Shown here piece by piece: positions 12,391-24,784 of a DNA stretch of 64,000 nucleotides. The position numbers were made by a program, and so were the translations under genes. This stretch comes from Lama glama (taxonomy: Eukaryota), in the NCBI GenBank assembly GCA_028534125.1, contig CM052817.1, positions 6,450,001 to 6,514,000 of the forward strand, in the 5' to 3' direction. Numbering within the stretch: the stretch's first letter is position 1; the number at the start of each line of letters is the position of its first letter. The notes beneath the pieces were generated by a model, which was not told where the DNA came from, did no database searches, and saw only the letters and a program-made list of their open reading frames with translations.

Positions 12391-13384
12391 GTGTATATGA
12401 ACTTGGATGAGTTCTTAAAGTGTGGCAGAGAGAAAAGTGGTGTGTAAAAGAAAAATAATGTGAAGGGGAAAAGGACTGGAAATTTTCCCATAAAAATCTA
12501 TATTAAACTGGACATATTAACAATCTGTCATTTTGTTTAAAAAAATTACAAAGAGAAACAGATCTCCTTTGAACTGATCCATGAATTATCAGGAAAGGAA
12601 AGAACTAGTTTTTTTTTTTCAGCAATAAATCTATGCCAAGAAAATGTGTGTATGCTCATATTATAGATCAACCTCTCCTACATGTTAATTGACTTTCTCT
12701 CTTGTGGCCCCAGGAACACACAGATTATTTTATTTAATATGGAAGTGTAATATGGAAGTGTGATTATGTCCAAAGTGTCCCCAGGTGCCCAGTAAGGGCA
12801 GTTACAGACACACGGTGCGAGCGGAGCATGGCAGCGAGAAATGGTGCCCGTCTGTCTCCCAGATTAACAACGCTGGAAGGAATCATTCTCCCAGGCAGCC
12901 TCATTTTGCTTTGCTTTTATTTCTCCTTCGTTATTAGAATGATAATAATAACATGAAGAGTTCTGAAATTTGGCCCTGGAGACACTGAGATAGCCTGAAA
13001 TTACATGCAATATTTTGTGCGTTTTACCTCAATGGATCAGACCTTCTCTGTCTCAGCAGGGAAACTCACCAAGGGAAATGCAAATCTCAATTGGAAAAGT
13101 TTGAAAAGCAAAGTATGTTTTTAATGAAGTCCCATGAAGGCAGGCGTAAAAAGGGATTGTAACAACAACGTAGCAAAACTTCTACAAAGATTTGCAAGAC
13201 TTCTACAACTTTCTAATTCATCCTCCCTGTTTCTCCCAAATCCTCAAGCCTGAGTCTCTGAATCTCACCCACCCCCTTCCTCCTGGCCCAACACACACAC
13301 ACTCCTCTTCCTCAAAACTCCTCTGCCACTTGGAATTTTACCTGAAGGTTAAAGACAATATAAAGAAAATAGAAAAATAAATTC

Positions 13385-13572
13385 TGAAATCTGACCATTT
13401 GCATTTAAGTCCCAGCTACACAATTCTTATCTCTGTGCCTTGATGCTGGCATCTGTGAAATGGAAATAACAAAAGTACCTATTTTACTGGTTTTGAGTAT
13501 TAAATGACTTAATGCGGGTGAAACACATAGAACAGTGCCTGGTAGGTCATAAACATAATTACTGTGAGCTAC
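13385..13572 (+). mobile_element. MIR SINE
   Basis: 'catctgtgaaatggaaataacaaaagtaccta...agaacagtgcctgg'. Confidence 0.8.
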
Positions 13573-13666
13573 CATGGTGCTACCCCAATAAAGAGCTATT
13601 ATGAGCAGAATGCATAGTTGGAAGGTCGAAGAATCAGGACTTTCCTTATGAGAATTTTTCAGGCAC

Positions 13667-14078
13667 TGTTAATTGGTTGAAGTGAGTCCCCTAAAATTCA
13701 TAAATTGAAGCCATGGTCCTTAGAACTTCAGAATGTGACTATATGTGGAGATCGGGCCCTTAAGGAGGCAGTTAAGTTAAAATGGGGTTGTTAGGGTGGC
13801 CTGAATCCAACATGATTTGAGTCCTTATGAGAAGAGGATATTAAGACACAGACAGCAAGGGACACCAGAAGCATACCTGAACAGAGAACCAACCGCATGA
13901 GGACACAAGGAGAAGGCGACCATTTTCAAGTCAAGGAGATAGACCTCAGGAGAAACCAAAACTGCTAACTGTGTAATCTCGGACTTCTAGCCTCCTGAAC
14001 TGAGAGAAAACGCTTTTCTGTCGTTAAGTCCATTTACTCTGTGGTACCTTGTTGCAGCGGCCCCAGCACACTAGGACA
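13667..14078 (+). mobile_element. MaLR solo LTR (MLT1B-like)
   Basis: TG...CA ends; 5-bp TSD ggcac/agcac; 'cagaatgtgactatatgtggagatcgggcc' and 'ggacttctagcctcctgaactgagagaaaa'. Confidence 0.92.
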
Positions 14079-14289
14079 AGCACCCCCAGATCGACAGAGC
14101 AGGCTTTTTCTCTTTTTAGTTCTCATCTTGGGAAAAACAGTACTCACAGACTAAAGTGCACAAAGTAGAAAGGCAGTGCTTCCTGGATATGATGCAACAG
14201 AGAGACATGTGATCACTTTTTGAGGCCTCTTTTCCTTCATCCCCTTTTAAATTAATGATGTTTATTTTTTCCTTTTCTTCTTTCTTCAA

Positions 14290-15128
14290 ACTGTCGGAAT
14301 CTGGCTTCTTCCACTACATTGCTAGTTTCGTGAACATTATTGCATAAGCCCGTGCTGCATTTATTTTATTGCTGTACAGAACTTTGTTTCATGAATATAG
14401 TGCTTACTTACTCATTCAACTATTGGGGGACAGTTGAGTTATTTCTAGCCTACGTTACTGATAATGCAGTTGTTATGAACATTCTCATCCCTGTGTTCTG
14501 GGCACTAATGCCCTTAATTTTCTAAGGTATATAATTAGAAGTGAGATTACAAGATCCAAATGTCAGCAGATGTTCAACTTCACTGGATAAAGAAGGCCAA
14601 GCGTTTTCCAAAGAGATTGTCCCAGTATATACACACCCTCTCTCAGGAGATGAAACTTTCCTTACCAACATTTGATATTGACTTTTAGCCATTTTGATGG
14701 GCATATAATGATATTTCTTTCCAGTTTTAATTTGTAATTTCTTCAGTAATAATGAGATTGAACACTTTTTCATATTTTTGAACATTTAAATTCCCTCTAT
14801 GTCAAATGTGCAGTTATATTTTTAATCAATGTTTCAATTATTTTCTATTTATTTTCTATCTCTCATTGACTTGTTAGAAACATTCATGAATTTTGGAAAC
14901 AACCTCTTCAGCACTTATACATGTTGCAACAATTTTCCCCCTTTTTGTGGCTTACTTTTTTCACTCATTAGTGATAGCATCTAATAACATAAATTCCAAA
15001 TTTTAGTGTAGTCGGTCTTATTCGATATCTTTTTTTGTATCATTTTTTATAAATTATTCTCATCCCTGAAGATATTCTCCAAGATTATTTTTTAAAAGCA
15101 TATTTAAAAAATTAATGTCTTTCACCCT
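14290..15128 (-). mobile_element. Old L1 (L1ME/L1MC-like) ORF2 end and 3'UTR
   Basis: Minus ORF 14522-14785 'MKKCSISLLLKKLQIKTGKKYHYMPIKMAK' resembles the ORF2p C-terminus; antisense 3'UTR motifs. Confidence 0.8.
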
Positions 15129-15129
15129 T

Positions 15130-15480
15130 GTAGGACATTCAGTCCTGCCCAATATATCCACAAGGCACGTGGTCCACACCAAAATGTTCTTGAAATTTGG
15201 TTCTATCCAAAATGTCTGTGAGTATATGTGGTCCCTGCCAAATGGTTTTGGACAGGACCAAATATCAAGATATTTTGGCATGAACCAAATGTCTCCATGG
15301 ATTATTTGGACAGATCCAAATATGACTGAATATTGAAAACCTTTTGGAGGAACTAGATGTCTTATGGAAGCTTTGGAAAGGTCCAAATGGTCCTGCAAAT
15401 ATCAAGGACCTTTTGGCATGGGTCCAGTGTCTTATGGACCAAATGTCTTATGAATATTTTGGACAGGACCAAATATCTGC
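15130..15480. mobile_element. Foldback-type non-autonomous DNA element built from ~12 short sub-repeats (possibly MER99-like)
   Basis: ~46-bp degenerate terminal inverted repeats; unit ~'ttttggacaggaccaaatat' in opposite orientations either side of ~15243. Confidence 0.7.
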
Positions 15481-16589
15481 TAATTTTCTTTTACATTTAG
15501 GTGTTAGGATGAATAGGGATATTATTCAGAAAAGTTTCACTTCCCTGTCCGCCTGCCCCGTGGGTGTATATCCTTGGACCTGGCCTGTGACTTTCTGTCT
15601 GATAGAACGCAAAAGAGCTTTAGATGTGGTTGCACAATGCTGTTTATTCTCTAGGCTTTCTCCATGAAAAGAGCATACTCAGGGCAGCAATTGATGGATG
15701 GATGATAACAGACATAGGAAGCACACCTGAAGTTGATCTGCATCCTGAAAACAAGCCCAGCGACCTCAGACAGAAGCAGAGCAGCCTGCACTGGCCTGCA
15801 GAACTGAAAGCAAGAAAAATACTAAAGTTCCAAAGCAGTGAACTTTGTGGTGATATATTTTCTGTACCACTATGGCAATAACCAGCTTACATCCTTGTGG
15901 GTCCAGTCCAGTGTAGGAGATGGTTGATCAGGCACTACACATTTATAGCCTCTCAAGGTCACCAGAATCAACAATGGCCTCTTAATTGCATTTCCCAAGG
16001 TAGCAACACAGTCTAGGACAAAGGGAAGTCAAGGACTAAGCTCACCTGTCTGGGTTTCAGACCTTTGCTTGAACTTGGCTTGGTCAAGTTTTCTTCTCAC
16101 TAACTTTTGCTGTTTAATGAGGTTTTAAATACTAACATCAGGCACTTTTCATTCTTTTCAGTGGAAGTGATGGCTCCAATTCCGTGGCCCTAGCCCATTG
16201 CTACAGGCCGGACCTATTCACTTGTCCTGAAAGGTGAACACATCCCTCAAAAAACTACTGATGAAGCCAACTTTGGGGTCATAGATGTTCAACATGTTTT
16301 ACAGTTTTCTTGTTAGCTACAGTTTTAGCCTCATCCCTCGTGTGTGTTTGCCTCCCCTTTTTTTAACAGGCAGCTAAGATAAACTCTCAGCTTTCTATGC
16401 TTTATATGATTTCTATATCTCGAATACCTTCCCTGGTTAAACTGCTGGAAGCATGAAGATGTGGAGTCAAGTGAGCTCTTTCATGCCATAGCAAAGAAGG
16501 GGAAGGAGAGAAAAGAGGCCCAGAATAGGCACGTTATCTCTGTTTGGTGGATAATCTTCCAGAAACTCTATAGTTCTTATCATGGAAGG

Positions 16590-17450
16590 TTTTTGTTAAA
16601 GCGAGGTATAACGTGCACTCAGTAAAATACAGACACATTAAATGTGCAGGGGGATCAATTTCCTGTGTGTATCCACCTATGAAACCACTATCTCAGTCAA
16701 GGTATAAAACATTTCCATTCCCAGAAGGTCTCTCATGCTAGTTCACAGTCTAAAAAAATCCCCTGAGGTCAGCACTTCCATTTCCATAGGTTAATTTTGC
16801 TGGTTCTTGAATATCACATAACTGGTATCAAGCAACATATATTCTTTTGTCTCTTGACTTTGGCTCAATATGGCTTCTGAGACTCATCTATGTTATTACA
16901 TGTATCAATTGTTCCTTTTCATTGCTGCATAGTTTTCCACTGTGTGACCATAACGCAGTTTATTCTCCTCTTGATAAAAAATTCAAGTTGATCTTAGTTT
17001 TTAGTTATCATGAATAAAGCTTCTGTGGAAACTTTTATACATATATTTTGGTGAATGTTTTAAATTGAGATTTTCAGGTATCAAAAATATTTGATAGAAT
17101 CTATCAGCAAAGTCATCCAGGCCTGTTTTTATTTTTTATTTTTTTGTGACAAGATTTTAATTAAGGACTCAATTCCTTAATAGATGTAATGCTGTTATTA
17201 GTATTTTTATTTCTTTATTCACATTTTTAATAAATTATGTTTTCAATTAATTTGTCCCATTTCTTTAAACATTCAAGGACACTGCCATATAATTGTTTAT
17301 GATATTGTCCTTATAATTTTAATATCTGGACTAGGTATGATGTCCTGTTTTTTGTTCCTGATATTGTTAATTTTTGTTTTCTCTTTTATTTTGATGAGAT
17401 TTGCTCAGGGCCTATCAATTTTATGCTTCTCTTCAAAGACACTTTTTTAA
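16590..17450 (-). mobile_element. Old L1 fragments (3'UTR then ORF2)
   Basis: 'aaggtataaaacatttccattcccagaaggtctctcatg', 'gttcttgaatatcacataactggtatca', 'aaagtcatccaggcctg' are antisense L1M motifs. Confidence 0.75.
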
Positions 17451-18559
17451 AGAATGACTTAATTCTATTAAATAAATAATATTTAAAGCTGAAATTTATA
17501 AATAGTAATATTATCACATGATTTGGAAATACAGGTGAGAAATAAGAAAGAATCTTCTAAAATACTAAAATTAATTGGAGTTGAAGGGGAAAGATACCGC
17601 TTTTATTTTTTATAAAATTATTCATAATATTTTATCTTTATAAACTGTATACATGTATCAATTTGAAAAAATTAAAATTCAATTAAAAGATGGATTGTAA
17701 CTTTACCGCCTTTATAGAATGTTGTGAGAATTAAATAAGATTAAGTATGTGTAGTGATTAGCTTAATAGAGATATGTAATAAATGATAGCTATTTTAAAT
17801 GTGATTTTTTACACAAACATCGTTATAAAAACATTAATGCAACTGTAAATATAATGAGAAAAATTCTACCTTCCAAACACATTACATAGTGCTATTTGTC
17901 TTTGTTCTTTCCAATTTTTATTGCTCCACACATATAATTTTACAGAGCAGGAATAATAATGTACACATATGTTTGCATTTTTAAAAATCATATTAACTAA
18001 ACTCATATTTCAAAGGTTTCTTAATCAGTGCTTTACATCTCGTTTGACTGATACGATCCAATGTACTTATAATTGTGTTATTGTTGGTGCTTATGTATTT
18101 TTTTCTGGCTATTATAAATAATGCTGAAATAAACATTTCTAAATATACAATACTTTTGGCTTTGGGATATCATTTAAATTCTCAGAAGTGGGACTGTTAC
18201 TTCAAGGGATATGACTGCATGTATTTTTCTTGACAATGTGTTTCCGTATTTCTTTTCAAAATGATTTTGACCATTTACATCATTAGCAACATCTGAGTAC
18301 ACCGAGTTCAGCAAAACTTTGGCAGCATTGCCTACCATCAGCATTTTAACTTTGTGCTAAATTTAGAAATTTGATAATTCATATACTATTTTAATCCAGA
18401 AAATTGACTAATATTGTTTCATATCATCATCATCATGATCATCATCATTATTTCAGATCTTTCTCTTGGGATTTATGTTCCAAAGAATAAATTTATTTGT
18501 TATATTTGGATTAAGAACACTTTCATCCCATGAACTCCTTCCACCATGCTACTGTCTGT

Positions 18560-19100
18560 TACAATCTTCTGGGACAGACAGCGGAAACTGTTACTCCCCT
18601 ACTAAGCAGCATCCTGGATAAACTCTGAGCTTCTCCTCCAGATACCCAAGGCTTTTCAACATGTGATGCTAACCGACCCCTCTTCTACCAACTCATCTTT
18701 CATTTTCTTCCCACATCTCATCTCATATACTGCATAATAGTAACCACTCACTGAGCAAAACATGCTGTTTCATTCTTCCACCTGACTGTGATTTTATTCT
18801 ACAATTTCTTCTTCGGGAATGTCATTCCCCATCTTTCTACTTGCTAAATGCCACCTCCTCTATCAAGTCTCCCCTGATCAGCATCCCCTTATCAGCTGTT
18901 GCAGGATTCACTCTTCAGCCCCTATGATACTTTCCAAGGACATCTTTTATAGCTCTTTCTATAGTGTGTTTAGATACTATATCCTTGTTTATTTTGCTAG
19001 CTACACTTCCTTGAAGGCAGGGAACTGTGTCTTATTAATCTTGTTATGTTATCCCTGGGACTCACAATTAAATGCATAATGATTTATTGATTAAAAAATA
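18560..19100 (+). mobile_element. L2 LINE 3' region
   Basis: Ends 'cttccttgaaggcagggaactgtgtcttattaatcttg...atttattgatt', an L2 tail. Confidence 0.65.
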
Positions 19101-19974
19101 AATAACATTATTTCATTCATCTTGCTGATCTACTTTAAAAAGGATGAATGCATATGTGTGTGGTTATGACTTTTTTTTTCCATTTTGTAAGTAAAGGAGC
19201 TAAACATAGAAGTTTTTAGAACATATTGTTTCAGTTAAGTTTATTTCCACGGAGTATGACAAAAAGTCAACTTCAATCTAAAAAGTCAAATTCAATGCTC
19301 TGTGGATCTAATTTTAGTCCAGAGTTTTACACCTTTCAAGGAAAGTATGACTTCTAGCTTCCTGACATGCCTATTCCCTTCATGTCATTCTCCCCTGCCT
19401 CAGTTAAAATTTTCAAAATTTTGTGTCTGGTCCAGATTTATTCATGACTCTGCTGAATAAGGTCCTCTCTGTGTTCAGACCATTCTTTTTATTTTGGACT
19501 GACTTTCCATGACTGGGAAGAATGAAGCCAAGTTCTTACTTGGGAATCTCACCCTGACTTCCTGGTCTCTCCCTTTCCATTTCCAGTGTCTCAACAACCC
19601 CATTCTCCTATGTCATCTGGGCATTTTCCTATTTCAGAGGGCAAACGATGCTACGAGCTGCCTCAAGAGAAGCAACACAGGGTAATGAGAAGAAGTATGA
19701 CCAGTCGAAGAAAGAAACCTAAGTGAGACATATGGCCCCTGGTATTCTCCTGGTATTCTCAATTCAAATGCAAATAACATGCTTTGGAACCATCAGCCCC
19801 CCTTGCATTCTTGGCATAGATCTTCCAAGAATGTACCATACTGAGGACTTATTGGACATTTCAGAGAAGTTCAGGTATCTCATAAATAAAATAAGGATGT
19901 TTATTCAGGTTCCTAGGTGTCTCTTAGATGTGAAATTCTGTCATTTTAAGATTTGCTTCTTAGATGCATGGTTA

Positions 19975-20570
19975 TGTTACCAGAGAGTAGGTTCTTGTCT
20001 TGTTGCAGAGGGAATGCAGAAGCGAGACAAATAGGTCAGGAGAGCAAAGTAAGAATTTAACACTAGGTGACAGTACACTCTCAAGGAGAGAGTGGGCAGA
20101 CTCAGGTGAGTAGCTGCACTAAATTTCTTCATCAAGATGATTATATGGGGTGTAAAAATGAATGGACAGAATATTCACTGGGGACGGAGGGGTTTGGGGT
20201 CATATTCCTTGATTTTCACCCCAGCTCCACTTTCCCGGAAGGAGGAGCCATTTTCATTCTTATGTAGTCTGGACGGGAAGTGTCATGGTGTCGGTGCGTG
20301 GGCGCTTCTCATCTGCAAGGCTAATTTTATTGTAATGAGGGCATAATGAGCAAAAGGTTACATTTGGATGCCAGAGGTTCCCGTCTTTTCCCACCTATCT
20401 TTGTCTGTCTCCAGGACACTTGTCACCTCAAAATGTGTGGTTTCTTATCACTGAGGAGTTTCCTGCTTTTCTTCGTTGGCCCAAGGAGCCCCCTTGCTTA
20501 TAAGCTGTATGGTTTCCTGCCATTTGGCCCACGCACCCTTTCTCTACCCTTATCTAACCATCTGCCTGTG
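19975..20570 (-). mobile_element. ERV1-type solo LTR, relatively young, probably lineage-specific
   Basis: Starts 'tgttaccagagagtaggttcttgtcttg' (antisense U5 end) and ends 'ctacccttatctaaccatctgcctgt'; retained CpGs; TSD not seen. Confidence 0.7.
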
Positions 20571-20614
20571 ATAATTTTTATATAAAAAGTTAAAGTTTAA
20601 ATTTTGTGGCGAAG

Positions 20615-20835
20615 GTAACTGGGTGGAATAGGAAGAATATGAGCTGGAGCTCTCCAGAGAGCTGGGCTTGAATTGTGACTCTGCCATGCTCACGTTGTGG
20701 AACCCAGAGGCAGGCGCACAGACGCTCATGTCAAAGCCAGATGACGTCCCTCGTCCTTCCTGCTGCAGAGGGTGCACTTGGGGTGACAGGGAGGAGGGCA
20801 CACTTTGTAAGTGAGGCCGTGTTGCATGCACCCAC
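20615..20835 (+). mobile_element. MIR SINE (GC-shifted)
   Basis: 'ctgggcttgaattgtgactctgcca...tgtggaaccc' MIR head. Confidence 0.55.
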
Positions 20836-21906
20836 TGGAGATACCTGAACTCTCTGTCTAAAACTGTCCACTCCTGAGATCTGAGCCTTCAGAGCAAAGC
20901 TGCTCCTGCTTCTGGCTGCTTGCACAGCACCTTGTGTGGTGGCCAGGACAGCTGGGCCCTTAGTAAATACTTCGGCTGATGCTGCTGTGACTTTGCCAAC
21001 AGCCCGAACGGGCGGTGATAGGTGATAGGTGATACAAGCTTGGAGACCTCCACAGACTTGACAGCTATCTGGAAAGCATGCCCCTCCCATTTCAGGGCTC
21101 AGGATGCTTCTATAGCAGTTCCTGGCAGGGGGCAATATTGAAAACAATGAAATGTGCAGCATCTCATTTCTCAGAAAGCCACTTTGCCGTCACACCCCGG
21201 AGTCCCGGCAGCGCGTGGGTCGGGCAGTCAGCTGTGACTTTGTTTCTGTGAAACAGAAAACTTGCAGAAACTGCCTAATGTTTTCTTTTTATTTCCCTTT
21301 GTCAACTTGCATAAAAATCAGATCAAGACTTAACCTGGCCAAATCGTATTCTTGAGTTACATAAATAAGGTATTTGTAAATAAACAACATGGGTCTTTCT
21401 TCTCCCAAGTTGGATGGGTCTTACTCCAAGGCCTAGGCTGTTATCAGATACTCCAACTGCACTCCACTCCCAGACACATGCCAGCATCTCTGGGAACTAT
21501 GTGGAACACAAGGAAAAGATGACCCAGGGTCATTAGAAAGCAGTCTGCTGCAATTGCACTGGATATAGTAGGTCTGAACAGTATTTATTTCATTCAGATT
21601 CATACCATAATGGGAAAATACTATGCATATTTTAAAATCAGCTGGAGGGGGCCAAATTCTATTTCTGGCACTTACTAGCTATGTCACCTTAGGAAAGTCA
21701 CATCAGAGAAACAGTTCCTGTAAAATGCCCAATGTCTAGTTTATGCACAATAATTATTGATTTTCTTCCTTCCTCTGTGAGCAGAGTTAACTTTAAACAT
21801 GAGATTGTTGAGTCCATGTGGTTTTATGTGAGCAAATGGAGAACAGGCATTGTCTTCAGAGATTGAAAATGGAATATAAAGGCCTTGTTAATAAAAGAAA
21901 CATGTC

Positions 21907-21927
21907 TGTGTGTGTGTGTGTGTGTGT
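21907..21927. repeat. (TG)n microsatellite
   Basis: Direct reading. Confidence 0.95.
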
Positions 21928-22039
21928 ACGCAAGTGTCGGGGTGAGAAACTGGGAATGAGAGGGAGACAAAGTACATGGATTTCTAAAAATACAGATTAA
22001 TATGATGAGGATTACAGACCAAATAAATGAGAAATAACT

Positions 22040-22330
22040 TAATGGTAGAAAAAGATTCTTTGACCAGATATATATAGACATGATTTGTGAACATATGGAG
22101 ATGATTATCCCACATGAATTTTTGAAGAATCAATTATTTCAAATAAAATATTTTCTCTCTTTGAAAATTGGTGAGATAGATCAGAAATGTGTGGAGATGA
22201 AAAGTATGTTTGAATTCAACAAAGTATTTGGAAAGTTTCTGTATAGTACATTTTAGACAAAATCAATTATGTACAGTAAATGGAAAAATAAGTAAGATTT
22301 GTACATTTGGTCAACAGTAGAAAAAAAGGT
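22040..22330 (+). mobile_element. CR1/L3 LINE fragment 1 (RT N-terminal motifs)
   Basis: 'atgtttgaattcaacaaagtatttggaaagttt' resembles the YLDFSKAFDKV coding sequence; 'atgatttgtgaacat' upstream. Confidence 0.65.
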
Positions 22331-22349
22331 GGGGAAAAGCAAGTTTCAA

Positions 22350-22595
22350 TATAATAGTTACTTTTGCTAGACACTGTTTTAAGAACTTTGCTTTGTATTA
22401 TCTCATTTAATTCTCACTATAGTCTGGTGAACTTGTACAAATATGATCCCATTTTACTTTAGATGAAAGTAGGCACATAGCAAATTAGTCACTCATTTGG
22501 GACATGCCGCAGATAAGGGTCAGAGATGGTATTTGAATCCAGGCCATCCACCCAACTCCATGACCTGTGCAGCTCCCCACTGGAACCACTGTCTT
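22350..22595 (-). mobile_element. MIR SINE
   Basis: 'attatctcatttaattctcac...gatcccattttac...gtatttgaatccagg'. Confidence 0.85.
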
Positions 22596-22648
22596 TCAAA
22601 TAACTCCTCAGGAGTGCTGCTTGATAGACAATATCACACCAAGGAAGG

Positions 22649-23102
22649 TGCAATAGTTTAAATTGTGTCCCCCTCCAGATTCCAATGTTGAAGCCCTAAC
22701 TCCCAGTATCTCAGAATGTGAGCTTATTTAGAGATAGAGTCTTTGCAAAGGCAATCAAGTTAATATGAGGTCATTGGGGTGGGCCCCAATATGACTGGGA
22801 TCTTTATAAAAAAGGAAACTTGGAGACTAACACATATATAAGGAGAACGTGATGTGAAAATAAAATGAGAGATCCAAATAATGCTTCTACAAGCCAGGAA
22901 CACCAAAAATGTCTAAAAAAACACCAGAAGGCAGGAACAGCCATGGAATAGATTCTCTGTCACAGCCTCAGAAGGAGCCAATCCTGCCAAAACCTTGATC
23001 TCAGATTTCTGTCCTGCAGAGCTGTGTGGAGAATACATTTCTGTTATTTTAAGCCACCCGGTTTGTGGTACTGTGCTAGAGCAGCGCTGGGGAACTCATA
23101 CA
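22649..23102 (+). mobile_element. MaLR solo LTR (MLT1C-like)
   Basis: TG...CA ends; TSD gaagg/gaagt; 'cttctacaagccaggaacacc', 'cagcctcagaaggagccaatcctgcc'. Confidence 0.92.
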
Positions 23103-23107
23103 GAAGT

Positions 23108-23503
23108 GTCTCCTGAGCACTCAAGCTCTTTCTTCATCCAAGTTGCTGAGAATGAGTTGAATGAAGAAGACACAGGAGACCTGTTGTTCCTCTTTGGGAA
23201 TGTCATGACACTAGTGAAAGTGACAAAATGAAATTGTTCGAGACGACAGTATGAGATTTTAAAAATATAGGCTTTTGCTCTGTAAATGAGTATACAATGA
23301 GCCTAAGTGAATTCAGTGGACTTAGAATCACACATTTCTTGGTTGTACTCATAGAAGAATAGTGCCAGGGCCAAGAAGATGACAATCTTATTCTGCTTTG
23401 TGCTTCTGAGGCTACATCTGCAGAACTTAGTCTCTTCTCTTGCCACTTTCCAAGAAAGACTGTGGACAAGGTGAGTAAAGGGTGGTCAAGGCACTAAAGC
23501 TAA
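23108..23503 (+). mobile_element. CR1/L3 LINE fragment 2
   Basis: 'aatgagttgaatgaagaagac...tttgggaatgtcatgacactag' (ADD region) and 'atagaagaatagtgccagg...ctacatctgcagaac...ccactttccaagaaagactgtggacaag' resemble L3. Confidence 0.6.
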
Positions 23504-23653
23504 GAGATTCATTCACTCATTTATTTTTCCACTCAAATTATCCCTCCATCCATTCATCCATTATTGAGTTATTTCCACAAACTAAGGATACAAAGATGAA
23601 TAAGATTGTTCCTACTCACAAAATATTTACAACTCCGAATGTGGCAAGCACCA

Positions 23654-24664
23654 TGTGTTGCTGACTCAGCAACTAATCCTGTCTTCTTAACCTGTTTTCT
23701 TGGTCAACAGTGGTCCCAGTCCCAACAAGATAACCACGTTTCTTCCCTTCTCCTCAGCTAGGCATTAGAAACAATTAGAAAGTCATCAGGGGAACTTTTT
23801 TTTTATCCTATAATCTTGCTAAACTTAATTAGTTCTAGTAGCTTTCATTATATTTTCTACATAGATGATCTAGTAATAAAGATAAGATAATTTTATATAT
23901 ACCTTATTAATCTAGATGCTTTTTATTATTTTTTTGTCTTAAATCTTTGGCTAAACTCTTCAATACAATGAACAAAAGTGAAAAGACATTATTGCTATGT
24001 TCCTAATCTTAGTGGTGGAAAAATTTAACCTTTCACCATTAAATATGTTATTAGCTATAGGATTTTTTTTAATGCTTTTATCAGATTCAGAAAGTTCCAG
24101 TCATTACAATTTAACTAAGAATTTTTATCATTAATGGATGCTGGATTTTGTTAAATGATCTTTCTACATTTATTGAGAAGATCTCATTTATTAATTTCTT
24201 GTCTGTTAATACACTGAATTACATTGACTGATTTCCAAATGTTAAACCGACCTTGCATTCCTAGAAAAATTCCACTTGGTCATCATGATTATTCTTCTCA
24301 TATACTTTTAGTTTCTGTTTACTACATCTTCAGGGGGCTTTTTATTCCTCATAAAAAGAATGAAATAATGAGTCAACAATTTGGCATCACTCTTTCTCTG
24401 CTTTTTGCCTTGACAGCGGCTATGATATCTAGAAACATCTTGCAATTATTAATTGAAGAGAAATAAGACAAAATTCACAAATCATGAAAAGCAGAGAAAA
24501 AAGCTCAAAGAACCTTGGCTTCTTGATGGCATGATTATGTTGCCAAATTTACCATGAACCTACCTACCTCCATATTTTTCAACTTAAGTGAAAAAGTAGC
24601 AATAATTTTAAAGTATTCTTTGAGCTTTCTGTTACTTGCCATTGGAAGCATTCTTAGCTGATAC
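23654..24664 (+). mobile_element. Old MaLR LTR (MLT1J-like) split by an L1
   Basis: 3' end 'ttctgttacttgccattggaagcattcttagctgataca'; 'gaaccttggcttcttgatggcatg' MLT1J-type motif. Confidence 0.65.
23795..24329 (-). mobile_element. L1 ORF2 fragment inserted in the MLT1
   Basis: 'ctttcaccattaaatatgttattagctatagg', 'aaccgaccttgcattcctagaaaaattccacttggtcat'; TSD-like tcaggggaactt/tcagggggctt. Confidence 0.85.
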
Positions 24665-24784
24665 AAACCGTGACTATAGGCATATAATAGATATTAGATA
24701 AGAGTGTTGTTAGAGTACAGTCAAAATCTCATGATGCTTGGAGAACGCAGGGAAGGCTCCTAATCTAGGTCTTGAAAGAAAATA

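Noticed and set aside
15130..15480. CRISPR-like repeat-spacer array
   Set aside because: Units are degenerate and flip orientation about a centre, linkers are short and related, there are no cas genes, and the context is mammalian; a foldback transposon explains it better
15060..15667. ORFs with a repeated FGQDQIS peptide
   Set aside because: Translation of the DNA sub-repeat of the foldback element, not evidence of a repeat protein
19638..19681. Possible 44-nt exon (tttcag|...|gtaatg)
   Set aside because: Weak donor, no partner exons and no recognisable peptide; cannot be supported without RNA data
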